A DNA stretch of 24,000 bases from Kineococcus sp. SYSU DK004 (GTDB lineage: Bacteria > Actinomycetota > Actinomycetes > Actinomycetales > Kineococcaceae), in assembly GCF_050871905.1 (NCBI RefSeq), contig NZ_JBJLSH010000002.1:127746-151745 (forward strand). Reading direction: 5' to 3'. Below, piece after piece: positions 15,974-23,775 of this stretch (position 1 is its first letter; the number at the start of each line of letters is the position of its first letter). The notes below the pieces were generated by a model. That model did no database searches and was not told where the DNA came from. It saw nothing but the letters and a program-made list of their open reading frames with translations. Made by a program: the position numbers and the translations under genes.

Positions 15974-16031
15974 GTGCGCTCCGGTCCCCTCGTCGTGTGC
16001 TCGTGCTGTGCGGTGCTGCTGCCGGCCGGTC

Positions 16032-17120
16032 TCAGCCGGTGACGGCGAACTCCGAGTCGATGGTGACGCTGCCGTCGACGATGCCCTGGCGGACCTCGTC
16101 CAGCTCGGTCTTCAGCTCGTCGGGCACCTGGGCGTCGAACTGGTTGAACGGGGCCAGCCCGACGCCGTCGTTCTCCAGCGTGCCGACGTACGTGCCGGTC
16201 GGCGGCTCGCCCTCGGCGGCCGCGAGGACGTAGTCGCGCACCGAGCCGGTGAGGTTCTTCGTCACCGAGGAGATGAAGTACTGGCAGTAGTCGGCGGCGC
16301 TCTCGCAGCCGTCGGTGTCCACCCAGATGAGGTTCAGCGACCCGCCCGCGGCCTGCGCGGCGGCACCGGCGCCGAGGCCGGCCTGCCCGGCCACCGGCAT
16401 GACGATGTCGGCGCCCTGCGCGGCGAACGTCTCGGTGATGGAGCGGCCCGCGGCCTGGTCGGTGAAGCTGTTGGCGAAGGTGCCGCCGCTCGCGTTGGCC
16501 GGGTCCCAGCCCAGCACGCGGACGTCGGTGCCCTTCTGCTCGTTGTGGTACTGCACGCCCTTGGCGAAACCGTCCATGAAGATCGTCACGGGCGGGATCG
16601 GCAGGCCGCCCCAGGTGCCGACGACACCGGACTGCGTCATCCCGGCCGCCAGGTAGCCGCCCAGGAAGGCGGCCTCGACGGTGTTGTACTGGATGCCGTA
16701 GACGTTGTCGGCGCCCGAGGAGGAGTCGATCTCGGCGAAGCTCTGCTCGGGGTTCGCCGCGGCGACCTCGGCCATGTCGTCGGCCATCAGGCCGCCGACG
16801 CCGACGATCGTGTCGCAGCCCTCGGTGACGTACGCCTGCAGGTTCGGCGTGTACTGCGTGTCGTCGGCCGACGGCGTGTAGTCGATCTCGATGTCGGGGT
16901 TCTGCTGCTGGGCCTCGGTGAACCCGGCCCAGGACGACTGGTTGAACGAGCGGTCGTCGACGCCGCCGGTGTCGAGCACCATGCAGGCCTTGAACGACTC
17001 GCCGCCGCCGGTGGCCTCACCGGCGCCCTGCGTGTCGTCGGGGCGCTCGCCGCAGGAGGCCAGCAGCAGCGCCGCGACACCGACGGCCGCGGCCGGGGCG
17101 AGGCGGGAGAACTTGCGCAT
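16032..17120 (-). CDS. BMP-family (PnrA-like) ABC transporter substrate-binding lipoprotein, probable nucleoside binding
   Basis: The lipobox is VAALLLASCG. BMP-type motifs are DTGGVDDRSFNQS and GVGGLM. The ATG at 17120 is preceded by GGAGGA at 8-nt spacing. It sits upstream of a matching permease/ATPase set and cdd-deoA. Confidence 0.9.
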   Translation of the reverse strand: MRKFSRLAPAAAVGVAALLLASCGERPDDTQGAGEATGGGESFKACMVLDTGGVDDRSFNQSSWAGFTEAQQQNPDIEIDYTPSADDTQYTPNLQAYVTEGCDTIVGVGGLMADDMAEVAAANPEQSFAEIDSSSGADNVYGIQYNTVEAAFLGGYLAAGMTQSGVVGTWGGLPIPPVTIFMDGFAKGVQYHNEQKGTDVRVLGWDPANASGGTFANSFTDQAAGRSITETFAAQGADIVMPVAGQAGLGAGAAAQAAGGSLNLIWVDTDGCESAADYCQYFISSVTKNLTGSVRDYVLAAAEGEPPTGTYVGTLENDGVGLAPFNQFDAQVPDELKTELDEVRQGIVDGSVTIDSEFAVTG

Positions 17121-17134
17121 GAGGGGGATCCTCC

Positions 17135-17160
17135 AGGTCGTCCTGGTCGTCCGGTCGTCA
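17135..17160 (-). repeat. Three tandem GACGACC units (8-9 nt period) between the M20 stop and the bmp Shine-Dalgarno site
   Basis: The minus strand reads tGACGACCgGACGACCagGACGACCtgGAGGAtccccctcATG. The first unit contains the upstream TGA stop. Confidence 0.7.
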
Positions 17161-18417
17161 GTTCGACGATCGCTGCGCCATCGTAGTGGTCACATCGCCC
17201 AGCACAGCCCGCTCCGAGCAGGCAGTGGCGGCCATCACGAGGACACCCGGCCCGAGGCAGTCCTCGTCCGGGGCGTAGTCGCCGCGGTGCAGGTCGTACG
17301 TCGGCCCGCCGGGGGTGCGGGTGCCCAGCCGGACCATCGCCCCGGGCACGTGGTGCAGGTACCAGGCGAAGTCCTCCCCGCCCAGCGACTGGCGGGTGGG
17401 CAGCACCGCGTCGTCGCCCAGCTCGGCGCGCGCGGCCTGCTCCAGCGCGGCCGTGGCGCGCACGTCGTTGTCCACCGGCGGCACCCCGCGCACCAGGGTC
17501 ACCTCGGCGCGCACGGCGTAGGGGCGCACCAGGTCGGCGACGACGTCCTCGACGAGCTCGCCGGCGTGCTGCCACGCCTCGGTCTCCATGCAGCGCAGCG
17601 TGCCCGCGGCCAGTCCCTCGCTGGGCACGGCGTTGGGCGCGCCGCCGGCGTGCACCGACCCCCAGGTGAGGTTCACGCCCGCGCGCGGGTCCACCCGCCG
17701 GGCCAGCACCGCGGGCAGCTGCGTGACGACCTGCCCGAGGGCGAACACGAGGTCGCCGGCCAGGTGCGGGCGCGAGGTGTGCCCGCCGGGTCCGAACAGC
17801 CGGACGGTGACGTGGTCGGAGGCGGAGGTGATGGGGCCCGCCTTCAGGCCCACCGTGCCGACGTCGAGGCTGGGGTCGCAGTGCAGGCCGTAGATGGCCG
17901 ACACGTCGTCGACCACGCCCGCGCCGACGACGTCCAGCGCCCCGCCGGGCATGACCTCCTCCGCCGGCTGCAGGACCAGGCGCACGGTGTGCCGCAGCGC
18001 CCCGGCGCGCGCGACGTCGGCCAGGACGAGCCCGCAGCCGGCCAGCACGGCGGTGTGCACGTCGTGCCCGCACGCGTGGGCGACGCCGTCGACCGTGGAG
18101 GCGTGCGGCAGGCCCGTCGTCTCCCGCAGCGGCAGGGCGTCGCAGTCCCCGCGCAGCGCCACCACCCGATCGTCGACCCCGCCCGGGCCCGGCAGGACGT
18201 CGGCGACCAGGCCGGTGCCGGGCAGCCGGCGCACCGCCAGCCCGGCGCCCTCCAGCAGCCGCGCGACCGCGTCGGTGGTGCGGTGCTCGGCGCGGCTGAG
18301 CTCGGGGTGGGCGTGCACGTCGCGGCGCAGGGCGCGCACGGCCGGCAGGTGCCGCTCCACCAGCGCCGCCAGCGGCGGCCGGGCGGCCCCGCGCTCGGGT
18401 GGGGCGTCAGAGGACAT
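17158..18417 (-). CDS. M20-family amidohydrolase (N-acyl-L-amino acid amidohydrolase/hippurate hydrolase type)
   Basis: Motifs are HACGHDVHTAVLAG, GPGGHTS and GGEDFAWY. It is 419 aa, and the ATG is preceded by AAGGAGG. It corresponds to the amiA1/amiB1-type genes next to the same synteny block in mycobacteria. Confidence 0.9.
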   Translation of the reverse strand: MSSDAPPERGAARPPLAALVERHLPAVRALRRDVHAHPELSRAEHRTTDAVARLLEGAGLAVRRLPGTGLVADVLPGPGGVDDRVVALRGDCDALPLRETTGLPHASTVDGVAHACGHDVHTAVLAGCGLVLADVARAGALRHTVRLVLQPAEEVMPGGALDVVGAGVVDDVSAIYGLHCDPSLDVGTVGLKAGPITSASDHVTVRLFGPGGHTSRPHLAGDLVFALGQVVTQLPAVLARRVDPRAGVNLTWGSVHAGGAPNAVPSEGLAAGTLRCMETEAWQHAGELVEDVVADLVRPYAVRAEVTLVRGVPPVDNDVRATAALEQAARAELGDDAVLPTRQSLGGEDFAWYLHHVPGAMVRLGTRTPGGPTYDLHRGDYAPDEDCLGPGVLVMAATACSERAVLGDVTTTMAQRSSN

Positions 18418-19669
18418 CGGCGCGGCCGGCCTCCTTGGCGCGGGCGACCAGCTTCTTGACCTCCTGCGCGCGCGCCCGCGTGGTGACCAGCAGCGCGTCG
18501 GGGGTGTCGACCACGACGATGTCGTCCACGCCCAGCAGGGCCACGACGCGGTCGCCGCCGGGGACGACGACCCCGCCGGCGACGCCCTCGGTGATGACCA
18601 GGTCGGGGTCGCCGAGGACGCGGGGACGGTCGACGTCGGCGGGCAGCAGCTCGGCCAGCGAGGAGAAGTCGCCGACGTCGTCCCAGCCGAAGGTGGCCGG
18701 CACGACGGCCACCCGGCCGGCCTCGGCGGCCGGCTCGGCCACGGCGTGGTCGATGGCGATGGCGGGCAGCCGCGCCCACTCCTCCTCCAGCACGGCGTCG
18801 CGCTCGGGCCCGTCCCAGGCCTCCGCGATGCGCACCAGGCCGGCGTGCAGGGCCGGCACCTGCTCGGCCAGCACCTCCAGCAGGACGTCGGCGCGGGCGA
18901 CGAACATGCCGCCGTTCCAGCGGTAGTCGCCGGTGGACAGGTAGGCCGCCGCGGTGCGGGCGTCGGGCTTCTCCTTGAACTGCAGCACGCGGCGGGCGTT
19001 GGGGGCGCCCTGCAGCCGCAGCCGCTTGCCCAGCCGGATGTAGCCGAAGCCGGTGGCCGGGTGGGAGGGGGCGATGCCGATGGTGACGACGAAGCCGCGC
19101 CGGGCCGTCACGACGGCCTCCTCGACGGCGCCCTCGAAGTCGTCGCGGCCGGAGATGATCTGGTCGGCGGCGAAGGAGCCGAGGACGGCGTCGGGGTCGC
19201 GCCGCACGAGGACGGCGGCCGCCAGGCCGATCGCGGCGGCGGAGTCGCGCTGGGCCGGCTCGCGCAGGACGTGGTCGACCGGCAGGTCGGGCAGCTGGGC
19301 GGCCACGGCGTCGGCGTGGGCGCGGCCGGTGACCACCCAGGTGCGCGAGGCGTCGGTCAGCGGCAGCAGCCGGTCCCAGGTGGACTGCAGCAGGGTGCGC
19401 CCGCGCCCGGTGAGGTCGAGCAGGAACTTGGGGCGGTCGCTGCGCGAGAGCGGCCACAGCCGGGTGCCGGCGCCGCCGGCGGGCACGACGGCGTGGAAGT
19501 CGCTGAGGTCGACGAGCCCCTCCTCGGCCTCGTCGCCCGTCCAGGTCCACGGCGTCCCGGGGGCCTGCCCCGCGCCCGTCCCGCCCGCGCTCGCGCCCGC
19601 GGCCCCGCCCGTCCCGGTGGTGGTCTCCCCCATGGGGCGCGAACCTACCGGCCGGGGGCCCGCCGGCAC
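18407..19669 (-). CDS. Mannose-1-phosphate guanylyltransferase (NTP-transferase family) with a Gly/Ala/Thr-rich N-terminal extension
   Basis: The motif is VVPAGGAGTRLWPLSRSDRPKFLL. The start is ambiguous between the GTG at 19669 (ORF track) and the ATG at 19633. The stop overlaps the M20 start by 11 nt. Confidence 0.85.
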   Translation of the reverse strand: MPAGPRPVGSRPMGETTTGTGGAAGASAGGTGAGQAPGTPWTWTGDEAEEGLVDLSDFHAVVPAGGAGTRLWPLSRSDRPKFLLDLTGRGRTLLQSTWDRLLPLTDASRTWVVTGRAHADAVAAQLPDLPVDHVLREPAQRDSAAAIGLAAAVLVRRDPDAVLGSFAADQIISGRDDFEGAVEEAVVTARRGFVVTIGIAPSHPATGFGYIRLGKRLRLQGAPNARRVLQFKEKPDARTAAAYLSTGDYRWNGGMFVARADVLLEVLAEQVPALHAGLVRIAEAWDGPERDAVLEEEWARLPAIAIDHAVAEPAAEAGRVAVVPATFGWDDVGDFSSLAELLPADVDRPRVLGDPDLVITEGVAGGVVVPGGDRVVALLGVDDIVVVDTPDALLVTTRARAQEVKKLVARAKEAGRADVL

Positions 19670-19689
19670 CGTCCACCCGCGTCACCGGG

Positions 19690-19736
19690 GGCGCCCGGAC
19701 GGGCCGGCGACCACCCGTCCGGGCGCCGCCGGACGG
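19690..19736. promoter_or_regulatory. Two mutually exclusive GC-rich hairpins in the manC/sdhC divergent region
   Basis: Hairpin A is ggcgcccggacgg (19690-19702) paired with ccgtccgggcgcc (19715-19727), a perfect 13 bp. Hairpin B is ccgtccgg (19715-19722) paired with ccggacgg (19729-19736), a perfect 8 bp. The middle segment is shared by both. Confidence 0.45.
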
Positions 19737-19863
19737 GGCGGGCCACCACCGCTCGGGAGCTGCTGAGGGTAGGCTTCCCTGAGGCCTTCACCTGCCCGTG
19801 AGTCCTTCGTCACAAAACCTCCGCGCACGCCTCCCGGGACGGGGCGTCCCGTCACCGCGCGCC

Positions 19864-19869
19864 TACGAT
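19864..19869 (+). promoter_or_regulatory. Candidate -10 hexamer (TACGAT) for the sdhCDAB operon
   Basis: gcgcgccTACGATgg lies ~78 nt upstream of the sdhC start. It follows the only relatively AT-richer stretch in the window (19760-19820). There is no convincing -35. Confidence 0.3.
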
Positions 19870-19946
19870 GGAGGGCAGGACGCCGAAGCCTGCGCGCCGC
19901 CTCCTGGGCGCACGGACCGACGTCCGTGGACCTGAGGAGGACGCCG

Positions 19947-20369
19947 GTGGCCACGAGCCTCACCCCGCCCGGCCAGGGAGCCGCCCCCAGCGGCGGCCTC
20001 AAGCCGGCAGGCACCCTGTACCGCGGCCGCGAGGGCATGTGGTCGTGGGTCATGCACCGCATCTCCGGGGTGCTGATCTTCTTCTTCCTGTTCGTGCACG
20101 TGCTGGACACCGCGACGGTGCGGATCTCGCCCGAGGTGTACGACGCGGTGATCGCCCAGTACAAGAACCCGGTCATGGGCATCGGCGAGCTCGGGCTCGT
20201 GGGCGCCGTGGTGTTCCACGCGCTCAACGGGATCCGGATCATGCTCGTCGACTTCTGGAGCAAGGGCACCGTCCACCACCGGAAGATGTTCTGGGGCGTC
20301 GTGGGCCTGTGGTTCGCCCTGATGGTCCCCTTCGCCGTCCGCCACCTGATGCACGTCTTCGGCGAGTGA
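19947..20369 (+). CDS. sdhC: Succinate dehydrogenase cytochrome b subunit
   Basis: Motifs are TLYRGREGMWSWVMHRISGVLIFFFLFVHVLD and FHALNGIRIM. The ORF track starts at 19926. I prefer the in-frame GTG at 19947 because GAGGAGG (19934-19940) sits 6 nt upstream of it. Confidence 0.9.
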   Translation: MATSLTPPGQGAAPSGGLKPAGTLYRGREGMWSWVMHRISGVLIFFFLFVHVLDTATVRISPEVYDAVIAQYKNPVMGIGELGLVGAVVFHALNGIRIMLVDFWSKGTVHHRKMFWGVVGLWFALMVPFAVRHLMHVFGE

Positions 20370-20376
20370 GGACCCG

Positions 20377-20877
20377 ATGAGCGCACCCGAGCAGACCCCC
20401 GGCGGGGCGTACGCCCCGGCCCTGGAGGCGCCCCGCGCCCCGTACAGGCGCAGCCGGGCCACCCGCACCAACTGGGAGCTCTACGGCTGGCTCTTCCAGC
20501 GCATGTCCGGGCTCCTCCTCGTCGTGCTCGTCTTCGGGCACCTGTTCGTCAACCTGATGATGGGCGAGGGCATCTCCCAGATCACCTGGGCGTTCGTGGC
20601 CGGCAAGTGGGCCAGCCCGTTCTGGCAGGTCTGGGACCTGATGATGCTGTGGCTGGCGCAGCTGCACGGCACCAACGGCGTGCGGACGATCATCAACGAC
20701 TACGCCGAGCGCGACGCCACGCGCTTCTGGCTGAAGATGGCGCTCTACACCGCGACGGTGGTCGTCCTCGTCGTCGGCACCCTCGTGATCTTCACCTTCG
20801 ACCCCTGCGCGGACCCGAACTCCACCCTCGAGGTCTGCCTCGCGGGGAGCGAGAACGTGCCCAGCGTGACCAACTGA
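20377..20877 (+). CDS. sdhD: Succinate dehydrogenase hydrophobic membrane anchor subunit
   Basis: It starts 7 nt after sdhC. It has three TM segments, the motif [16 protein letters not shown] and [12 protein letters not shown]. It is 166 aa. Confidence 0.85.
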   Translation: MSAPEQTPGGAYAPALEAPRAPYRRSRATRTNWELYGWLFQRMSGLLLVVLVFGHLFVNLMMGEGISQITWAFVAGKWASPFWQVWDLMMLWLAQLHGTNGVRTIINDYAERDATRFWLKMALYTATVVVLVVGTLVIFTFDPCADPNSTLEVCLAGSENVPSVTN

Positions 20878-20894
20878 CCGAGCGGGAGGCAGCT

Positions 20895-22730
20895 GTGCAG
20901 ACCCACCAGTTCGACGTCGTCATCGTCGGTGCCGGCGGGGCCGGCATGCGCGCCGCCCTCGAGGCCGGCAAGCGCGCCCGGACGGCCGTGCTCACCAAGC
21001 TCTACCCGACGCGCTCGCACACCGGTGCGGCCCAGGGCGGCATGTGCGCCGCCCTGGCCAACGTCGAGGAGGACAACTGGGAGTGGCACACCTTCGACAC
21101 CGTCAAGGGCGGTGACTACCTCGTCGACCAGGACGCCGCCGAGGTGATGTGCAAGGAGGCCATCGACGCGGTCCTCGACCTGGAGAAGATGGGCCTGCCG
21201 TTCAACCGCACGCCCGACGGCAAGATCGACCAGCGCCGGTTCGGCGGCCACACCCGCGACCACGGCAAGGCGCCCGTGCGCCGCTCGTGCTTCGCCGCGG
21301 ACCGCACCGGCCACATGATCCTGCAGACCCTCTACCAGCAGTGCGTCAAGCACGAGGTGGAGTTCTTCAACGAGTTCTACGTCCTGGACCTGCTCGTCGT
21401 GGACGCCGCGGACGCGCGCACCGGCGACGAGATCGAGGGTGCGGCCGACCAGCCCGGCATGGCCGTCCCGCCGACGGTGGGCGTGCCCGGCGACAAGCGC
21501 GTCGCGGGCGTCGTGGCCTACGAGCTGGCCACCGGCGAGGTGCACGTCTTCCAGGCCAAGTCCGTCGTGCTCGCCACCGGCGGCGCCGGCAAGGTCTTCA
21601 AGACGACCTCCAACGCGCACACCCTCACCGGTGACGGCATGGGCATCGCCTACCGCCGCGGGATCCCGCTGGAGGACATGGAGTTCTTCCAGTTCCACCC
21701 GACGGGCCTGGCGGGCCTGGGCATCCTGCTGTCCGAGGCCGCCCGCGGCGAGGGCGGCATCCTGCGCAACGCCGACGGCGAGCGCTTCATGGAGCGCTAC
21801 GCCCCCACCATCAAGGACCTCGCGCCGCGCGACATCGTCGCCCGCTCGATGGCCAACGAGGTGCGCGAGGGCCGCGGCGCCGGGCCGAACAAGGACTACG
21901 TCCTGCTCGACCTGACCCACCTGGAGCCCGCGCACATCGACGCGAAGCTGCCGGACATCACCGAGTTCGCCCGCACCTACCTGGGCGTGGAGCCGTACAC
22001 CGAGCCGGTGCCGGTCTACCCGACCGCGCACTACGCGATGGGCGGCGTGCCGACCAACGTCGAGGCCGAGGTCCTGCAGGACAACACCCGCGTCGTCCCC
22101 GGCCTGTACGCCGCGGGCGAGGTGGCGTGCGTGTCCGTGCACGGGTCCAACCGCCTGGGCACCAACTCCCTGCTCGACATCAACGTCTTCGGCCGCCGCG
22201 CCGGCATCGCCGCCGCGGAGTACGCCACGAAGGCGCAGTGGGTGGCGCTGCCGGAGGCCCCCGAGGCCGACCTCGTCGCCCAGCTGACCGAGCTGCGCGA
22301 CCGCCCCGCCACGACCGACCGCGTCGCGGCGATCCGGGCGGAGCTGCAGGAGACGATGGACGCCAACGCCCAGGTCTTCCGCACCGAGGCGACGCTGAAG
22401 CAGGCCCTCACCGACATCGAGCGGCTCAAGGAGCGCTACGCCCGGGTGGCCGTGCAGGACAAGGGCCGCCGGTACAACGTGGACCTGCTCGAGGGCCTGG
22501 AGCTCGGGTTCCTCCTCGACCTGGCCGAGGTCATGGTCCTGGGGGCGCTGGAGCGCAAGGAGTCCCGGGGCGGGCACTTCCGCGAGGACTACCCCAACCG
22601 CGACGACGTCAACTTCATGCGGCACACGATGGTGTACCGCGAGGCCGGCGCCGACGGGCAGCACACGATGCGCCTGGACTACAAGCCCGTGGTCCAGACG
22701 CGCTACCAGCCGATGGAGCGCAAGTACTGA
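20895..22730 (+). CDS. sdhA: Succinate dehydrogenase flavoprotein subunit
   Basis: This is the 3' part of ORF 20607..22730. The GTG at 20895 is preceded by GGGAGG. Motifs are [27 protein letters not shown] (FAD-linking His), HPTG and [11 protein letters not shown]. Confidence 0.95.
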   Translation: MQTHQFDVVIVGAGGAGMRAALEAGKRARTAVLTKLYPTRSHTGAAQGGMCAALANVEEDNWEWHTFDTVKGGDYLVDQDAAEVMCKEAIDAVLDLEKMGLPFNRTPDGKIDQRRFGGHTRDHGKAPVRRSCFAADRTGHMILQTLYQQCVKHEVEFFNEFYVLDLLVVDAADARTGDEIEGAADQPGMAVPPTVGVPGDKRVAGVVAYELATGEVHVFQAKSVVLATGGAGKVFKTTSNAHTLTGDGMGIAYRRGIPLEDMEFFQFHPTGLAGLGILLSEAARGEGGILRNADGERFMERYAPTIKDLAPRDIVARSMANEVREGRGAGPNKDYVLLDLTHLEPAHIDAKLPDITEFARTYLGVEPYTEPVPVYPTAHYAMGGVPTNVEAEVLQDNTRVVPGLYAAGEVACVSVHGSNRLGTNSLLDINVFGRRAGIAAAEYATKAQWVALPEAPEADLVAQLTELRDRPATTDRVAAIRAELQETMDANAQVFRTEATLKQALTDIERLKERYARVAVQDKGRRYNVDLLEGLELGFLLDLAEVMVLGALERKESRGGHFREDYPNRDDVNFMRHTMVYREAGADGQHTMRLDYKPVVQTRYQPMERKY

Positions 22731-23575
22731 TGTCGACCACCGAGCAGGGCCCCAGCGAGACCAACGCGGAGGCCGGTCCCGCCAAGTCCGCCGACCGCGC
22801 CCGCGCCGGCGAGGGCGGCGCGAAGCCCCGCGAGGGCGGCAACGAGTCCCCCACGGGGGAGATCCCCTCGTTCGACGTGACGCTGCGCGTGCGCCGCTAC
22901 GACCCGGAGCGCGACAGCGAGCCGCACTGGGAGGACTACCGCGTCACCATGTACGGCACCGACCGGGTGCTGGACGCGCTGCACAAGGTGAAGTGGGAGG
23001 AGGACGGCTCGCTGACGTTCCGCCGCTCCTGCGCCCACGGCGTGTGCGGGTCGGACGCCATGCGGATCAACGGCCGCAACCGGCTGGCGTGCAAGGTCCT
23101 GCTGAAGGACCTCGACATCTCCAAGCCGATCACCGTCGAGCCCATCAAGGGCCTGCCGGTGGAGAAGGACCTCGTCGTGGACATGGAGCCGTTCTTCGCC
23201 TCCTACCGCGAGGTCATGCCGTTCCTCATCGCCGCCGGTGCCGAGCCGACGCGCGAGCGCCTGCAGTCGCAGGCCGACCGCGAGCGCTTCGACGACACGA
23301 CCAAGTGCATCCTGTGCGCGGCGTGCACGTCGAGCTGCCCGGTGTTCTGGAACGACGGGCAGTACTTCGGCCCGGCCGCGATCGTCAACGCGCACCGGTT
23401 CATCTTCGACAGCCGTGACGTGGGCTCGGACCTGCGCCTGGAGGTCCTCAACGACAAGGAGGGCGTGTGGCGCTGCCGCACGACCTTCAACTGCTCGGAG
23501 GCCTGCCCGCGCGGCATCCAGGTCACCAAGGCCATCGCCGAGGTCAAGCAGGCGCTGATCTCCCGCAAGTTCTGA
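22730..23575 (+). CDS. sdhB: Succinate dehydrogenase iron-sulfur subunit
   Basis: The ATG overlaps the sdhA stop (TGATG). The cluster motifs are CAHGVCGSDAMRINGRNRLAC, CILCAACTSSCP and CRTTFNCSEACP. A ~45-aa low-complexity N-terminal extension is present. Confidence 0.95.
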   Translation: MSTTEQGPSETNAEAGPAKSADRARAGEGGAKPREGGNESPTGEIPSFDVTLRVRRYDPERDSEPHWEDYRVTMYGTDRVLDALHKVKWEEDGSLTFRRSCAHGVCGSDAMRINGRNRLACKVLLKDLDISKPITVEPIKGLPVEKDLVVDMEPFFASYREVMPFLIAAGAEPTRERLQSQADRERFDDTTKCILCAACTSSCPVFWNDGQYFGPAAIVNAHRFIFDSRDVGSDLRLEVLNDKEGVWRCRTTFNCSEACPRGIQVTKAIAEVKQALISRKF

Positions 23576-23583
23576 CGCTCCGC

Positions 23584-23622
23584 ACGAGGGGCCCGGTGGA
23601 CACCGTCCACCGGGCCCCTCGT
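23584..23622 (+). terminator. sdh operon terminator hairpin (perfect 17-bp stem, 5-nt loop, no U-tract)
   Basis: The arms are acgaggggcccggtgga (23584-23600) and tccaccgggcccctcgt (23606-23622), with the loop caccg. It begins 9 nt after the sdhB stop. Confidence 0.75.
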
Positions 23623-23647
23623 CGTCCCCCGCAGGTCCCGCCCCTCC

Positions 23648-23726
23648 CCCACCTCCTCCCCCTTCCCCTCCCTCCGTGATCTTGCTGGGAAACCCTGCAA
23701 GATCACGGAGGGAGGGGGAGGTGGGA
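23648..23726 (-). repeat. Intergenic palindromic repeat element, copy 3 (core 23674-23708, opposite orientation to copies 1 and 2)
   Basis: The plus strand reads ccgtgatcttgcTGGGAAACCCtgcaagatcacgg. It forms a perfect 21-bp stem, cccctccctccgtgatcttgc / gcaagatcacggagggagggg. The outer arms cccacctc / gaggtggg also pair across a 9-nt bulge. Confidence 0.85.
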
Positions 23727-23739
23727 TCGGACGAACTGC

Positions 23740-23769
23740 TTGACCGGGGTACCGGACGTGACCCACGGT
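23740..23769 (+). promoter_or_regulatory. Weak candidate promoter for the downstream membrane-protein gene
   Basis: TTGACC (23740-23745) is followed by 18 nt, then CACGGT (23764-23769), then 6 nt, then the GTG at 23776. The geometry fits a leaderless start, but the -10 is poor. Confidence 0.25.
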
Positions 23770-23775
23770 GAAGAT

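Noticed and set aside
15974-16031. GT-rich stretch gtgtgctcgtgctgtgcggtgctgctg between the bmp and ATPase genes, considered as a possible repeat or regulatory RNA
   Set aside because: It shows only loose GTGCT periodicity and forms no stable hairpin. The spacer is adequately explained as an intercistronic region carrying the ATPase Shine-Dalgarno site (GGAG 6 nt before the GTG at 15973).
17844-19801. Long ORFs 17844..19685 (minus strand, 613 aa) and 17894..19801 (plus strand, 635 aa) over the M20/manC region
   Set aside because: The translations are low-complexity and in conflict with two motif-supported genes, so I treat them as shadow frames.
19798-19813. CRP/GlxR-like inverted repeat GTGAgtccttcgTCAC upstream of sdhC
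   Set aside because: The half-sites are separated by 8 nt rather than the 6 nt of the TGTGA-N6-TCACA consensus. It is tempting because cAMP-receptor proteins regulate sdh operons in some actinobacteria. I cannot support it without a position-weight-matrix score or conservation data.
19868-20380. 170-aa ORF starting at an ATG inside the candidate sdhC -10 box
   Set aside because: It is in a different frame from the clearly conserved SdhC sequence, and its translation is Arg/Pro-rich without motifs.
20745-22664. 639-aa minus-strand ORF antisense to sdhA, and the 482-aa ORF 22127..23575 extending sdhB upstream
   Set aside because: sdhA is unambiguous in its own frame. The sdhB-like sequence begins at the ATG at 22730, which overlaps the sdhA stop. 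The upstream part is out-of-frame overlap with sdhA.
1116-23727. Possibility that the recurring hairpin repeats are a CRISPR array or tRNA-like genes
   Set aside because: The copies are 6 and 16 kb apart, not regularly spaced with short spacers. No cas genes are present. The hairpins lack a tRNA cloverleaf and T-loop (GTTCGAATC-type) features. The only GTTCGA in an intergenic context (17161-17166) has no flanking tRNA structure.
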